DNA of 64,000 nucleotides, from contig OY759599.1 of the NCBI GenBank assembly GCA_963662465.1, positions 1,472,001 through 1,536,000 on the forward strand, in the 5' to 3' direction. Origin of the DNA: Desulfatiglandales bacterium. GTDB taxonomy: Bacteria > Desulfobacterota > DSM-4660 > Desulfatiglandales > Desulfatiglandaceae. The first letter of the stretch is position 1, and each line of letters starts with the position of its first letter. The notes under the pieces were generated by a model. The model was not told the origin of the DNA, made no database searches, and worked only from the letters and a program-made list of their open reading frames with translations. Below, one piece after another: positions 37,525-48,628 of the stretch. The position numbers and the translations under genes are program-made.

Positions 37525-38397
37525 TTAGATGACCTTGTTGAGGGAATATTCGATAATGCCTTGAGCGCCCGCATCCATGAGTTGTGGAATAAGATCTCTC
37601 ACCACCCTGCTGTCCACGACGGTTTCAACCGACACCCAGTCGGATTTGTAGAGACCCGCCACCGTTGGGGCATTGAGGCTCGGCAGGATATCGATAATTT
37701 TTTCGACAGCTTCCTTTGGAATATTCATTTTGAGGGCCACCATGTTTTCAGCCCTGAGCGCCCCTTTCAACAGAAGCGCGATCTGTGCGATCTTGGCCTG
37801 TTTCCAGGTATCCTGGTAGGCTTCCCGATTTGCAATGAGCTGGGTATTGGTTTCCATCAGGTCATAAATGATTTTAAGGCCATGGGCTTTGATGGTGCTG
37901 CCGGTTTCCGTCACTTCCACGATGGCATCGGCGAGCCCGGATACCACCTTGGCTTCGGTGGCGCCCCATGAAAAGGCCACCTTTACGTCGATGTTTTTTT
38001 CCGCGAAGAACCTCCGGGTGAAATTGACCAGCTCCGTGGCGATTTTTTTCCCTTGAAGGTCTTCGAGGGTTTTGATGTCGGAACCGGCCGCCACGGCCAG
38101 AACCCAACGGGCCGGATTCTGGCTGACTTTGGAATAGATCAGGTCGTCCACCGTCACCACGTCGGACTCGTTTTCTTCAATCCAATCCCGGCCCGTGAGG
38201 CCGGCATCCAGGGTTCCGTTTTCCACATACCGGCTCATTTCCTGTGCCCGGCAGATGGCGCATTCGATTTCAGGATCATTGATGTCGGGAAAATAACTCC
38301 GACCGTTGACATTGATTTTCCAACCGGATTTTTCAAAAAGACCGATGGTTGCGTTTTGAAGGCTCCCCTTGGGGATGCCGAATTTCAATTTGTTCAT
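37525..38397 (-). CDS. hisG: ATP phosphoribosyltransferase (long form)
   Basis: [18 protein letters not shown]-terminal regulatory domain. Confidence 0.97.
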   Translation of the reverse strand: MNKLKFGIPKGSLQNATIGLFEKSGWKINVNGRSYFPDINDPEIECAICRAQEMSRYVENGTLDAGLTGRDWIEENESDVVTVDDLIYSKVSQNPARWVLAVAAGSDIKTLEDLQGKKIATELVNFTRRFFAEKNIDVKVAFSWGATEAKVVSGLADAIVEVTETGSTIKAHGLKIIYDLMETNTQLIANREAYQDTWKQAKIAQIALLLKGALRAENMVALKMNIPKEAVEKIIDILPSLNAPTVAGLYKSDWVSVETVVDSRVVRDLIPQLMDAGAQGIIEYSLNKVI

Positions 38398-38816
38398 TTT
38401 TTATATACCTTCTCCGGATCAAATACTCTTTCTCCGATAATGGTTACAGTCCCTTCGCTATCAATTTTTTTATGAAAGCAGGTTTCGCGTCCCGTGTGGC
38501 AAGCGGCGCCCCCAACCTGTTCCACCCTGAAAAGAACCGTATCGTCATCGCAATCCGCCAATATCTCCCGGATGATCTGAACGTTCCCGGAAGTTCCCCC
38601 CTTGTGCCAGAGTTCCTGCCTTGACCGGCTCCAGTAATGGGCTTCGCCGGTCTCAAGGGTTTTGAGCCAGGCCGCTTCATTGATATAGGCCAGCATCAAT
38701 ACCTTCCCCGATGCGCCGTCCTGCGCAATGGCGGGAAGCAGGCCGTTCCCTTTTTTAAAATCAAGGGCAATTTTTTCTTTTAGAATTTCAGACATTGCAA
38801 CAAAATCTCTCCTCAC
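38394..38816 (-). CDS. hisI: Phosphoribosyl-AMP cyclohydrolase
   Basis: [22 protein letters not shown]; start uncertain. Confidence 0.96.
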   Translation of the reverse strand: MRRDFVAMSEILKEKIALDFKKGNGLLPAIAQDGASGKVLMLAYINEAAWLKTLETGEAHYWSRSRQELWHKGGTSGNVQIIREILADCDDDTVLFRVEQVGGAACHTGRETCFHKKIDSEGTVTIIGERVFDPEKVYKK

Positions 38817-38871
38817 AAAAAATCAAATGTTTACAATAATACCCATACCGGAAATGGCAAGGCCAAATGGG

Positions 38872-40164
38872 TTATAATCCCCGCGATATAATCGCAAACG
38901 CCTTTTTTGCCCGATCAATGGTGTCCGCTATCATCCGGTCCGTATGGGCCATGGACAAAAATGAGGTTTCAAAAGGGGAGGGCGCGAGATACACTCCTTG
39001 ATCCAGCATTTCTTTATAATATTGGCGAAAGATACTCTGGTTGCCGGTTTGGGCAGTAATAAAATCCGTCACGGTTTCATCGGTAAAAAAGAGGCAACCC
39101 ATGCTGCCCATGCGGTTTACCGTTGCCGGTATGCCCGCGTCTCTTGCCGCCGCCGCAAGCCCTGAAAAAAGGACTTCGCCTTTTCGGTCAAGTTCCCCAT
39201 AGGGATTTTCCCGCTTCAGGATGCGTAATGTGGCAAGGCCCGCGGCCATGGCCAGGGGATTTCCGGAAAGGGTGCCGGCCTGGTAAACATCCCCGTCCGG
39301 CGCGATACGGTCCATGATGTTCGCCTTGCCGCCATAGGCGCCCACGGGAAGCCCGCCGCCGATGATTTTGCCGAAGCAGGTGAGATCAGGGCGAATCCCC
39401 AGAACCGCTTGGGCGCCCCCCAGGGCAAGCCTGAATCCGCTGATGACCTCATCAAAAATAAGAATCGCCCCATGACGTTCGGTGATGTTTCTGAGGCCCT
39501 TTAAAAAGGATGGATTCGGGATGACGACCCCCATGTTTCCGGGAACGGGTTCCACAATAACGCAGGCAATTTCGTTTCCGAATTTGGCAAATGCCGCTTC
39601 AACCCCTTCAAGATGGTTGTAGGGAAGTGAGATGGTGTGTCGGGCCAAATTCGCCGGGACGCCGGGGCTTCCGGGAATGCCGAGGGTTGCAAGCCCTGAG
39701 CCGGCTGATACCAGCAGGCTGTCTGAATGGCCATGGTAGCAGCCGTCGAATTTGACGATTTTGTCCCGGCCCGTGTATCCCCTTGCCAGCCGAATGGCGC
39801 TCATGGCGGCTTCCGTTCCGGAATTCACCATTCGGACCCTCTCAACGGAGGGCGCCATGTTCACAATGGTCTCGGCCATGGTTACTTCACCTTCCGTGGG
39901 GGCGCCGTAGCTGGTGCCCTTTTCGGCGCTTTTGATGACGGCCTCGATCACTTCGGGGTGGGCATGGCCGAGAATCATGGGGCCCCATGAGCCCACATAA
40001 TCGATATATTCGTTGTCGTCAACGTCCCGGATCAGGGCGCCTTTTGCGGCGGCAATGAAGGGCGGATCCATGCCCACGGATTTTCCTGCCCGAACGGGGC
40101 TGTTCACGCCGCCGGGAATGAATTTTCTGGCTTTCTCAAACAAAGCCTTGGACTTTTCTCTCAT
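38872..40164 (-). CDS. hemL: Glutamate-1-semialdehyde 2,1-aminomutase
   Basis: [31 protein letters not shown]. Confidence 0.97.
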   Translation of the reverse strand: MREKSKALFEKARKFIPGGVNSPVRAGKSVGMDPPFIAAAKGALIRDVDDNEYIDYVGSWGPMILGHAHPEVIEAVIKSAEKGTSYGAPTEGEVTMAETIVNMAPSVERVRMVNSGTEAAMSAIRLARGYTGRDKIVKFDGCYHGHSDSLLVSAGSGLATLGIPGSPGVPANLARHTISLPYNHLEGVEAAFAKFGNEIACVIVEPVPGNMGVVIPNPSFLKGLRNITERHGAILIFDEVISGFRLALGGAQAVLGIRPDLTCFGKIIGGGLPVGAYGGKANIMDRIAPDGDVYQAGTLSGNPLAMAAGLATLRILKRENPYGELDRKGEVLFSGLAAAARDAGIPATVNRMGSMGCLFFTDETVTDFITAQTGNQSIFRQYYKEMLDQGVYLAPSPFETSFLSMAHTDRMIADTIDRAKKAFAIISRGL

Positions 40165-40486
40165 GTGAAAATCCTTTCAACAATTTTTCGACGGATGATA
40201 GCAACACCATCACCAACTTTCAAGAAATGTTTTTCACGACAGCGTGCGTAAACATTTTTTGTAACGGTTCACGGTGTCAACAAAAATTGAACCACAAAAT
40301 ATGTGGGATTCAAGAGCAAACGCAGTCAATTGAGCAAGTACGATGACATGGAAAGGGATAAAACCTGTTGTCGCGCTGGTGGAAAAGTCATATAAGAAGG
40401 GCCTTCGGCTTAAAAAGTTGATTGAGGGTTGGCCAAAACAGGCTCTAAGGGTACAATCGAACGTTTTCATCTCTAAGCCCTAAATT

Positions 40487-42247
40487 ATGGGGGAAGATTT
40501 TGCAATGGCGCTCAAACCTTGGGACACACCCTACTGGCCCGAAGGGGTCCCCCGTGAGATCACGGGGTATGAAAAGCCGCTCTTTTCTCTTCTGGACGAA
40601 TCCGCGAAGACTTATCCGGACAATCCCTTTACCATCTTCAACGGTCGGTTTAAATCATACTCTCGTGTGAAGGAGACCGCGGATCGGGTGGCCCATTTCC
40701 TGGGCGGCCATGGGATTGCCAAGGGCGACCGGGTGGCGATTTTTCTGCCCAACCTGCCCCATTTTCCCGAGATCTTCTTTGGCGCCCTGAAAGCGGGCGC
40801 CACCTGTGTGACCTGCAACCCCCTTTATACGGCGTCGGAGTTGCATTATCAGCTCAAGGACTCCGGCGCCAAATGCATTTTCTGTATGGATCACCCCCGG
40901 TTCTATCCTACTGTTGTGGAGGCTATACGGGATACGGATGTGGCGCAGGTGGTTATTTGCAGCGTCAAATCGTATCTGCCGCCACTTATGGGTTTCATCG
41001 GCGGTTTGCTGGGGAAGATTCCCAAGGCCCATGGGCACGCGCCGGGTCACCTTTTGTTTGACGACATGATTAAAGGCGCCCTGCCTGAACCTCCGGATGT
41101 TCCTATCTCGCCCACCGAGGATCCGGCCCTCATTCTGTACACCGGCGGAACCACGGGAAGGCCCAAGGGTGCGTGTTTGAGCCATGCCAATTTTATGGCC
41201 AATGTGATTGGCGTGGACGAATGGGCACGTCTTCCTCAAGCGTCCGGCGCTAAACCGGAAAAATTGAAACGGGGCGAGTATCAGACTATCCTTGGGGTGC
41301 TGCCCTGGTATCACAGCTTCGGCCTGACCTGCGCCATGCTCACTTCATGTTTTCTGGGCGGTCGTCTGGTTTGTATTCCGGACCCCAGGGCGGGAAAGCC
41401 TCCCTTTACCGATGTACTGAAGGCGGTGCAGAAATACAAACCCACCCTGATGGCGGCGGTTCCCTCTATTTTTGTGGCCTTCGTCAATCATCCCGACATC
41501 GAAAAGTACGACTTGAGTTCCTTTCTGTGTTGTAACTCAGGCGGGGCGCCGCTTCCGCCGGATGTTTGCCGGCAGTTTGAAGCCAAAACAGGGTCTATTA
41601 TTTTTGAGGGTTATGGACTGAGCGAAACGTCCCCCATCGCCAGTTGCAATCCCGCCAATGTGGAAACCCGAAAAATCGGCAGCATCGGGCTCCCTTTTCC
41701 GAGTACGGACATCAAGGTGCTGGATATGGAGACCGGACACAATGAACTCCCCAGAGGTGAAGACGGGGAAATTGCCATCCGCGGCGCCCAGGTGATGAAA
41801 GGCTATTGGAACAGACCCGAGGAGACGGAGGCTGTTTTTCGTGAGATTGAGGGAAAACAATATTTTTTGACGGGAGACATCGGACACATCGACGAGGATG
41901 GATTCATTGTTATTACGGATCGGAAAAAGGACCTGGTCTTAGTCGGTGGTTTCAATGTTTACCCACGGGAGGTGGAGGATATTCTCTTTGGGCATCCTAA
42001 AGTGGCCATGGCGGCGGTCATCGGTTTGCCTGATGCCAGGAGCGGGGAAGCCGTCAAGGCGTTTATCCAGCTCAAAGCTGGGGAAACCGCTACCGAGGAA
42101 GAGATCCTGGTATATTGCAAGGAGAACATGGCCGGGTACAAGCGCCCCCGGTTGATTGAATTTCGCGACGCTCTTCCGGTTTCAGCCGTTGGGAAAGTCC
42201 TACGCCGCGTTCTGCGGGATGAGGCATTGAAAAAGGAGCGACGATGA
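40487..42247 (+). CDS. Long-chain fatty acid--CoA ligase
   Basis: YTGGTTGRPKG, GYGLSE, TGD, DRKKD. Confidence 0.93.
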   Translation: MGEDFAMALKPWDTPYWPEGVPREITGYEKPLFSLLDESAKTYPDNPFTIFNGRFKSYSRVKETADRVAHFLGGHGIAKGDRVAIFLPNLPHFPEIFFGALKAGATCVTCNPLYTASELHYQLKDSGAKCIFCMDHPRFYPTVVEAIRDTDVAQVVICSVKSYLPPLMGFIGGLLGKIPKAHGHAPGHLLFDDMIKGALPEPPDVPISPTEDPALILYTGGTTGRPKGACLSHANFMANVIGVDEWARLPQASGAKPEKLKRGEYQTILGVLPWYHSFGLTCAMLTSCFLGGRLVCIPDPRAGKPPFTDVLKAVQKYKPTLMAAVPSIFVAFVNHPDIEKYDLSSFLCCNSGGAPLPPDVCRQFEAKTGSIIFEGYGLSETSPIASCNPANVETRKIGSIGLPFPSTDIKVLDMETGHNELPRGEDGEIAIRGAQVMKGYWNRPEETEAVFREIEGKQYFLTGDIGHIDEDGFIVITDRKKDLVLVGGFNVYPREVEDILFGHPKVAMAAVIGLPDARSGEAVKAFIQLKAGETATEEEILVYCKENMAGYKRPRLIEFRDALPVSAVGKVLRRVLRDEALKKERR

Positions 42248-42466
42248 TCCTCCGCCTGATAGAGGAAAACTGAGGCGTAAACCCAGTTTTGGTCGCAACA
42301 GGGCATTTTTTACGATTTGCTTTAGAAATAAGGTCTTGAAAGGAAAACGTTCATGGGTCATTCAAACGACACACATCAAAAGATGCGAATGTTACGCTTC
42401 TTTTCATTTGACATTGGATGGGCAGGCAGGGCATCCTGAAACACTGCCCACTCACCGATAGGAGAG

Positions 42467-44047
42467 ATGTCCATGCCGCCGCTTAAGCTGCCCATTGATC
42501 TGCAATCCTTTGAAATCATCCGCGGGGAAGGCTTTTTGTACGTAGACAAAACCCCCTGGATTCACAAAATGCTGGAGGAGGGGCGCTATTACTTTCTGGC
42601 CCGGCCCCGCCGGTTTGGAAAAACCCTCATGGTCTCCACCCTGCGGAACCTGTTTGCCGGCAACAGGGACCTGTTCAAGGGGCTTTGGGTCGACACCCAC
42701 GGAAACTGGTCGTGGGAAACCTATCCCGTCATTTTGCTGGATTTCAATGCTATCCCCCGTGAAACGCCTGAAAATTTCCGTCTGGCGCTTGACCGGCGAC
42801 TGACAACAGTGGCTGAAACCTTTGGACTCGTATTGAAGGAGCCCTTGCTGGGGCAGAAGTTTGAGGAACTGATTCTGGCCCTTTTCAAAAAAACCGGCCA
42901 ACCGGTTGTCTTCCTCATCGACGAATACGACAAACCCATCATCGATCACCTGGGCAAGGGCGATGCGGCCATGGAGATTGCTAAAGCCAACCGGGACATC
43001 CTCAAGTCTTTCCTGGGAACGCTCAAAGGGGCGGATGTGGCGAGCCACACCCGGTTCGTTTTCATTACAGGCGTCTCCAAATTCAGCCGGGTGTCGATCT
43101 TTTCGGACCTCAACAATCTGATCGATATCACCATGGATGATCGCTATGCCGCCATGCTGGGCTATACGGAAGATGAACTGTCAAGTAATTTTGCGTGGCA
43201 TTTGGAAAAACTCCATGAACACCTGAAGATGTCGCCTGCCGCAGTGCGTGAGCAACTGCGCAGATATTACGATGGCTACCGCTTTTCAGAGGCTGATGTG
43301 AAAGTGTACAACCCGTTTTCACTGTTGCGGGCCATGGCGTCGAGCAAGATCAAAAATTACTGGTTTGAAAGCGGAACGCCCAGTTTTCTCGTCAATCTTC
43401 TCAAACAAACGGATTATGATCTCCCTAAAATTGAAGATCTGCAGGTGAGCGAACAGATTTTCAGCGTGTACGAGCTGGAACGGCTCAGTATTTCGGCCCT
43501 GCTGTTTCAGACGGGATACGTGACCATCAGAGACGTTCAAGACAGGCTGTTCACCCTGGGGTATCCCAATCAGGAGGTCAAAACCGGTTTTGTGGAATCG
43601 CTCCTCTATTCATTTGTACCGCCGCAAAAGGCAGAAGGGGTATCCCGATTTCTGATGCTGGCCAATTACCTGAAGACCGAAGATCTGGAAGCCTTTTTCG
43701 AGACCGTGAACGGCATTTTCGCTACCATCCCGTACACCCTCAAGGGGGAACCGAACGAGGCCTGGTTCCACACCCTGTTTTACCTGATGGTATCGGCATC
43801 CGGGGCTTATGTGCAGACGGAAGTGCTGACCTCCAGGGGCCGCATCGATATGGTCGTTCATTTTGCCGAGAAAATCTGGGTCATGGAATTCAAGTGCAAT
43901 CAGTCGGCCGAATCCGGCCTGAAACAGATTCGCGAAAAAGGCTATGCCGACCGATACAAAGGCCTGGGCAGGAAGCTGTTGCTTCTGGGCATCGGATTTG
44001 ATTCGAAAAACCGCTGCGTGGATGGGTGGCGGCAGGAAAAGCCTTAA
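42467..44047 (+). CDS. AAA-ATPase-like protein with C-terminal PD-(D/E)XK nuclease domain
   Basis: YVDKT, RPRRFGKT, IDEYDKP, GRIDM...MEFK, QI..KGY. Confidence 0.9.
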   Translation: MSMPPLKLPIDLQSFEIIRGEGFLYVDKTPWIHKMLEEGRYYFLARPRRFGKTLMVSTLRNLFAGNRDLFKGLWVDTHGNWSWETYPVILLDFNAIPRETPENFRLALDRRLTTVAETFGLVLKEPLLGQKFEELILALFKKTGQPVVFLIDEYDKPIIDHLGKGDAAMEIAKANRDILKSFLGTLKGADVASHTRFVFITGVSKFSRVSIFSDLNNLIDITMDDRYAAMLGYTEDELSSNFAWHLEKLHEHLKMSPAAVREQLRRYYDGYRFSEADVKVYNPFSLLRAMASSKIKNYWFESGTPSFLVNLLKQTDYDLPKIEDLQVSEQIFSVYELERLSISALLFQTGYVTIRDVQDRLFTLGYPNQEVKTGFVESLLYSFVPPQKAEGVSRFLMLANYLKTEDLEAFFETVNGIFATIPYTLKGEPNEAWFHTLFYLMVSASGAYVQTEVLTSRGRIDMVVHFAEKIWVMEFKCNQSAESGLKQIREKGYADRYKGLGRKLLLLGIGFDSKNRCVDGWRQEKP

Positions 44048-44064
44048 GTCCGGTCCTTCACATT

Positions 44065-44276
44065 TTATCCCAGCCAGGTAATTTGATACAGATCCTTACG
44101 ACGGCTTTCCAGGTTGCGGACGGTTCCGTGTTTCCGCGGCTCTTTTAACAGGTCCAGATCCACATCCGCAATCAGGGTCATTTCCGTGTTGGGGGTTGTT
44201 TCCGCCGGACATCCATATAATCGCTGATTTTCAGGTTTCTGATTTCCAAAATGTGATCGTAATCTGCTGTTTCCAT
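44065..44276 (-). pseudogene. Internally deleted remnant of a GNAT / carbon-nitrogen hydrolase gene
   Basis: RBS + METADYDHILEIRNLKISDYMDV joined out of frame to AETTPNTEMTLIADVDLDLLKE...RRKDLY..stop. Confidence 0.7.
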
Positions 44277-44306
44277 TTAAATAATTTCCTCTAGTGATGA
44301 ATCCGG

Positions 44307-46019
44307 CTAAAATGATTTGAGCTTGCCCCCTTCTGCATACATCTTGAAAAACCGTTTTTCCGCTTCATCGGTGCCGATGATAATCAACTCATTGTTCTCA
44401 GACAGGCAAACAGAGGGGTCCGGGTTTATGACCATCTTCCCATCCTGACTCGTGGCAATGACATTGCAGCCGGTTTGCAGGCGGATACGGCTTTCCGCCA
44501 GGGATTTGCCCAGCAGAGAGGCGTTTACACCGACCCGAAATACATTCAACCCCTCCGCGAGCATCAACACTTTATCGGGTTTTAGAAGATTAAGAATCGT
44601 GTTGGCCGCCAGGGAAGCATAAGACATGACCAGGTCGGCCCCAGCCGTGTGCAGCTTTGAGATACTTCTGTCAAGGGTCGCCCGGCTGATAATCTGGATA
44701 TCGGGCCGTAATCTTCGACAGTAGATGGTCAGGTAGATATTGGTGGGGTCATCATGGGTGGTGATGATCACGGACGGGGCTTCCTTGATTCCCGCCCGGT
44801 TAAGCGTGTTGATGTCAGCGGCACTGCCATGGATATACCGGTCGTCTTCGACGCGCCGCTTGTTCTTTTCAATAATGCGATAATCGGCGCCCCCTTCTTC
44901 CAGGGCCTCCGCGGCGGCGCGGCCGACCCTGCCACCCCCCAGAATAAGAACCGGAGCCGGGGATTTCTGATAATCCCCGAAATGTTTGTCGTAGTTCTGA
45001 AGTTGTTCCGCCGTTCCGGCCATTAGAAGAACGGTAGTGGCATTGATGGGTGTTTCAGCTGTGGGGTTTAGAAAGGCGCCCCTCTCCCAAACACCCACAA
45101 TGGTAAGGCCCGTTGTCTCACGCAAGCCGCTTTGCTGAACTGTCTTGCCCACAAGGGTTGTCCTCATGGCGGGGGCCTCGGCCAGGAGGAGGGAATCGAT
45201 GCTGCCGATGACGTTTGCCCGGGCGCTCGTTTTGAGCACCCTTCTTGACAATGACCTGCCCAGCAGTGTCATGAACTGGAAAACGTGGGTGCTGCCGGCC
45301 AGTTGCAGGATATCCACGGAATCATCCAGATCGGCATTGGCGACAATGGGCACCTCTTTGGAAACTTCCCGAACGGTGAAAGCGATGTTGGTATTCATCA
45401 TGTCGTTAAGATTGGCGACCACCAGGGTGGCTTTCTCGACCTTGAGACGCCTGTAGGTTTCCGGATCACCCAGTTCACCCACCACGACTTTATAGTCCAG
45501 GTCAATGAGCTCCAACGCTTTCTTTACATCCTCCATGACGATGACATATTCATGCTCATAATGTCTCAGCCGGTCCACAAGGTTCATGGTGATAGGATCG
45601 TAGTGGGTCAGGATCACATGGTCTTTCATCTCCTCGGATACTTTCCGAGGGGCCCCGGCTTTGCTCTGGGCCTCCAGCCATGGTGCGTAAAAGAACTGGA
45701 TAAAGGTGAAGGGGAGCATGATGAGAAGCAATATGATACCGGAGAGGAGTACAACCATGGAGAATAATTTTCCCAGGTCCGAATGAAAGGTGATATCCCC
45801 GAACCCCAGGGTGGACATGACCGTAAGGGTCCAGTAAAACCCTGTAATCCAGCTGAATTCCTTGTTTTCCAGTTCCATCAGAAAATGAAACAGAACACTG
45901 TAGACGGTGATCATGGTGATCAGAAGGAGCAAAAACTTCAATAACATCTTGATGTTTCGCTCACTGGTCCCGGTGAGCATATAAACGAACTGTCCGAATA
46001 GAAATTTCACGATAAACAT
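44307..46019 (-). CDS. Potassium channel with tandem TrkA-N/TrkA-C (RCK) domains
   Basis: Filter TLGFGD, GGGRVG, two RCK pairs. Confidence 0.93.
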   Translation of the reverse strand: MFIVKFLFGQFVYMLTGTSERNIKMLLKFLLLLITMITVYSVLFHFLMELENKEFSWITGFYWTLTVMSTLGFGDITFHSDLGKLFSMVVLLSGIILLLIMLPFTFIQFFYAPWLEAQSKAGAPRKVSEEMKDHVILTHYDPITMNLVDRLRHYEHEYVIVMEDVKKALELIDLDYKVVVGELGDPETYRRLKVEKATLVVANLNDMMNTNIAFTVREVSKEVPIVANADLDDSVDILQLAGSTHVFQFMTLLGRSLSRRVLKTSARANVIGSIDSLLLAEAPAMRTTLVGKTVQQSGLRETTGLTIVGVWERGAFLNPTAETPINATTVLLMAGTAEQLQNYDKHFGDYQKSPAPVLILGGGRVGRAAAEALEEGGADYRIIEKNKRRVEDDRYIHGSAADINTLNRAGIKEAPSVIITTHDDPTNIYLTIYCRRLRPDIQIISRATLDRSISKLHTAGADLVMSYASLAANTILNLLKPDKVLMLAEGLNVFRVGVNASLLGKSLAESRIRLQTGCNVIATSQDGKMVINPDPSVCLSENNELIIIGTDEAEKRFFKMYAEGGKLKSF

Positions 46020-46092
46020 CCCCCTGCCCGTCTTTCCCGTAACCCTTTAAGAGATCATGGGGATATTGACGTCGGGGATTCCCCCGAAGCGC

Positions 46093-46434
46093 CTATCTGT
46101 GCTTTTCCGCTTCCTTGAAGTATTCCATCTGGCTTCGAAGCCCCATGGCACGTTCCACGTCCATTACAAAGGCGATACCCGTGCCCGGTTCTTCAAAACG
46201 TCCAACCTGGTAAACGGCCTTGAGCACCGAATCCACCAGGTGCTCCTCCAAAAGGAAGAGGACCACATCGGTCTGTGCCTCGAGGGTCAGGCCGAAGAAG
46301 GTCTTTGCCTCGTGTATGCCGGTACCGCGGGCCGGAATAATGGTGGCCCCGGTACCGCCGGATGCCTTGGCGGCATCCACGATGCGATCGGTTTCCGTGG
46401 TTTTGACCATTACCACAATCAACTTCAGGTTCAT
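46093..46434 (-). CDS. P-II-like protein
   Basis: GATIIPARGTG, PGTGIAFV; RBS AGGAG. Confidence 0.88.
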   Translation of the reverse strand: MNLKLIVVMVKTTETDRIVDAAKASGGTGATIIPARGTGIHEAKTFFGLTLEAQTDVVLFLLEEHLVDSVLKAVYQVGRFEEPGTGIAFVMDVERAMGLRSQMEYFKEAEKHR

Positions 46435-46435
46435 G

Positions 46436-47224
46436 TCACATCTCCTTTCTGCTTGCCCGCAATTTCCGCAGCTCAAGCCAGTGGGCAAGCTGAGCGTACC
46501 CCATTACCGTCATGATGGGAAAGACACTTGCAAAGGCAATCAATCCAAATCCGTCCAGTGCGGGATTGCGGCCCGGAATCGCTTCGGCCAGCCCCAGGCC
46601 CAGGGCGGCCACCAGGGGGACGGTCACTGTGGAAGTCGTGACCCCCCCTGAATCATAGGCAAGGGCGATGATCTCCCGGGGAGCAAATACCGTCTGAATG
46701 ACCACAATAACATATCCCGCAATGATATAAACATAAAGCGGCGTTCCCGTAACAATGCGAAATGTGCCGACGCCGATTCCGATGGCCACCCCGACGGCAA
46801 CGGCCAGCCGCAACCCCCACTGGCTCAGGGCGCCCCGAGAAACCTCGCCGGCTTTGTAGCACACCGCGATGAGCGCCGGCTCCGCAACGGTCGTGGCAAA
46901 TCCGATCAATGCCCCGAAGATATACACCCAGGCATAGGCATGCCAGGGGGCGGCCGCCGGTGGGGTTTTGGCTCCGAAAACAAATTCCGGTGATGACAGC
47001 TGTTTCGCCATGATCTTACCAATGGGAAAAAGCGCGGTCTCCAGTCCATCCAAAAAGAGGGCCAGCCCGACAAGAACGAATACGAAGCCGGCAACCACGC
47101 GTTTCCAATTGGGTATGGGCTTCCGCAAAACAACCAGCTGGAAAAACAACAGCAACGCCAGAACCGGAAAAACGTCTTTCACCGTCAGTACGAGGGTATG
47201 ACCGAATTTAAAGAGTAGTTCCAT
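46436..47224 (-). CDS. DUF1538 membrane protein
   Basis: [20 protein letters not shown]. Confidence 0.88.
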   Translation of the reverse strand: MELLFKFGHTLVLTVKDVFPVLALLLFFQLVVLRKPIPNWKRVVAGFVFVLVGLALFLDGLETALFPIGKIMAKQLSSPEFVFGAKTPPAAAPWHAYAWVYIFGALIGFATTVAEPALIAVCYKAGEVSRGALSQWGLRLAVAVGVAIGIGVGTFRIVTGTPLYVYIIAGYVIVVIQTVFAPREIIALAYDSGGVTTSTVTVPLVAALGLGLAEAIPGRNPALDGFGLIAFASVFPIMTVMGYAQLAHWLELRKLRASRKEM

Positions 47225-47239
47225 TTCAGTTTCCGTACC

Positions 47240-48010
47240 TCAGCGAAAAAAGATTAACCCGTAACCCATCACAAACACCATGGGCAATAACGAAGCGAAC
47301 GCAATCAGTCCGAAGCCGTCCACCAGCGGATTACGACCACGGATCGTGGAAGCCAGTCCCACACCGAGGGCTGTCACCAGGGGGACCGTCACGGTCGAAG
47401 TGGTAACACCCCCTGAGTCATAGGCAACACCCACGATCTCTTTCGGAGCAAAGATCGTCATGATCATAACAGCCACGTATCCGCCGATAATCAGGTATTG
47501 AACAGGCCACCCCTTGAGGATTCGGATGAGGCCCACCAGAATTGCAATGCCTACGGAAAATGCAACGGTGACTCGGAGCCCCATAGCATAAGACCCCATG
47601 GATGCCGGATCGGAGGCGATGAGTTTCCCATTAGCTGCCACCACGGAAGCCTCTTTGGCCACCGCAATGAGCGCCGGCTCCGCGATGGTGGTGGAGAAAC
47701 CGAGCCCAAATCCGAACAGGAGCAGCCAGAAAAGACTCCCCTTGCGGGCAAAAGCCTCCGCCATTGCCTCCCCTATGGGAAAGAGCCCTATCTCAAGCCC
47801 CACCACAAAAAGGGCCAACCCTAAAATGACGAGAACAAGTCCCACGAAGACATCCAGAACATCGGGAAAGGGCTGACGCACCACGGCCAATTGAAAGATC
47901 AGTATGACGAGTATGATGGGAAGAAGGTCCCGACAGGCGCCCAGGATGTTCAATCCAAATCTTTTGAGCGGATTGACAATATAATCTAATAGTTCAGTTT
48001 TTCCGGCCAT
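47240..48010 (-). CDS. DUF1538 membrane protein (paralog)
   Basis: [20 protein letters not shown]. Confidence 0.88.
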   Translation of the reverse strand: MAGKTELLDYIVNPLKRFGLNILGACRDLLPIILVILIFQLAVVRQPFPDVLDVFVGLVLVILGLALFVVGLEIGLFPIGEAMAEAFARKGSLFWLLLFGFGLGFSTTIAEPALIAVAKEASVVAANGKLIASDPASMGSYAMGLRVTVAFSVGIAILVGLIRILKGWPVQYLIIGGYVAVMIMTIFAPKEIVGVAYDSGGVTTSTVTVPLVTALGVGLASTIRGRNPLVDGFGLIAFASLLPMVFVMGYGLIFFR

Positions 48011-48478
48011 ATGCTTTCAAAGCCCATTTGCGGCTATCTTTACAATATGCAACAACGCTTTTCGCCATCGCGGACGATTTCTTTTTCCTCAAGGATACGG
48101 AAGTCGTGAACCTCCGGCGAACCCAGGACTTCTGCGCCAAGGGTAGCGGGGGTGCATGGAACAAAGCAAAAAACGAGCCAGCGAAAAAGAGGCGGACATT
48201 GAAACGGGTAAACGCTTGAAATGACAAAAAAAAGGCCTTTAAACCAACCATGCCATAAATCTGATTAACTTCAAAGGTAATTCAGAACCGAAAGTTCCGA
48301 TGAAGAGAGGATAAGAACTCTCGATTCTCATCCGTAAAATCCCATGAAATCCCTCGATTAGGAAACCATCCTGCTGAAAGGATTATCATAATCAGGGAAA
48401 CCCATCGGCCTAAAACGTTTTGAAACCCTTCCACGACAACCCTTTTTTCAAAGCGGATGATGTGTCCCTATCCTCCGA

Positions 48479-48628
48479 AGCCTTACCAATGTGAGGAAGT
48501 TCATGAGTGCGGCCCGGGCCATATCCAGAGTAAAACCCATCGTCATTCTGAAATCGGGACGTTCCAGGGCCGGGGCAGCGGCCGCATCCTCACACACCGG
48601 CGCCCTTGCGGGGGAAGAGATCATCTGA
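48479..48628 (+). pseudogene. Internal fragment of an ADP-forming acyl-CoA synthetase / Pat-type gene
   Basis: SLTNVRKFMSAARAISRVKPIVILKSGRSRAGAAAASSHTGALAGE; the rest of the gene is absent. Confidence 0.8.
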
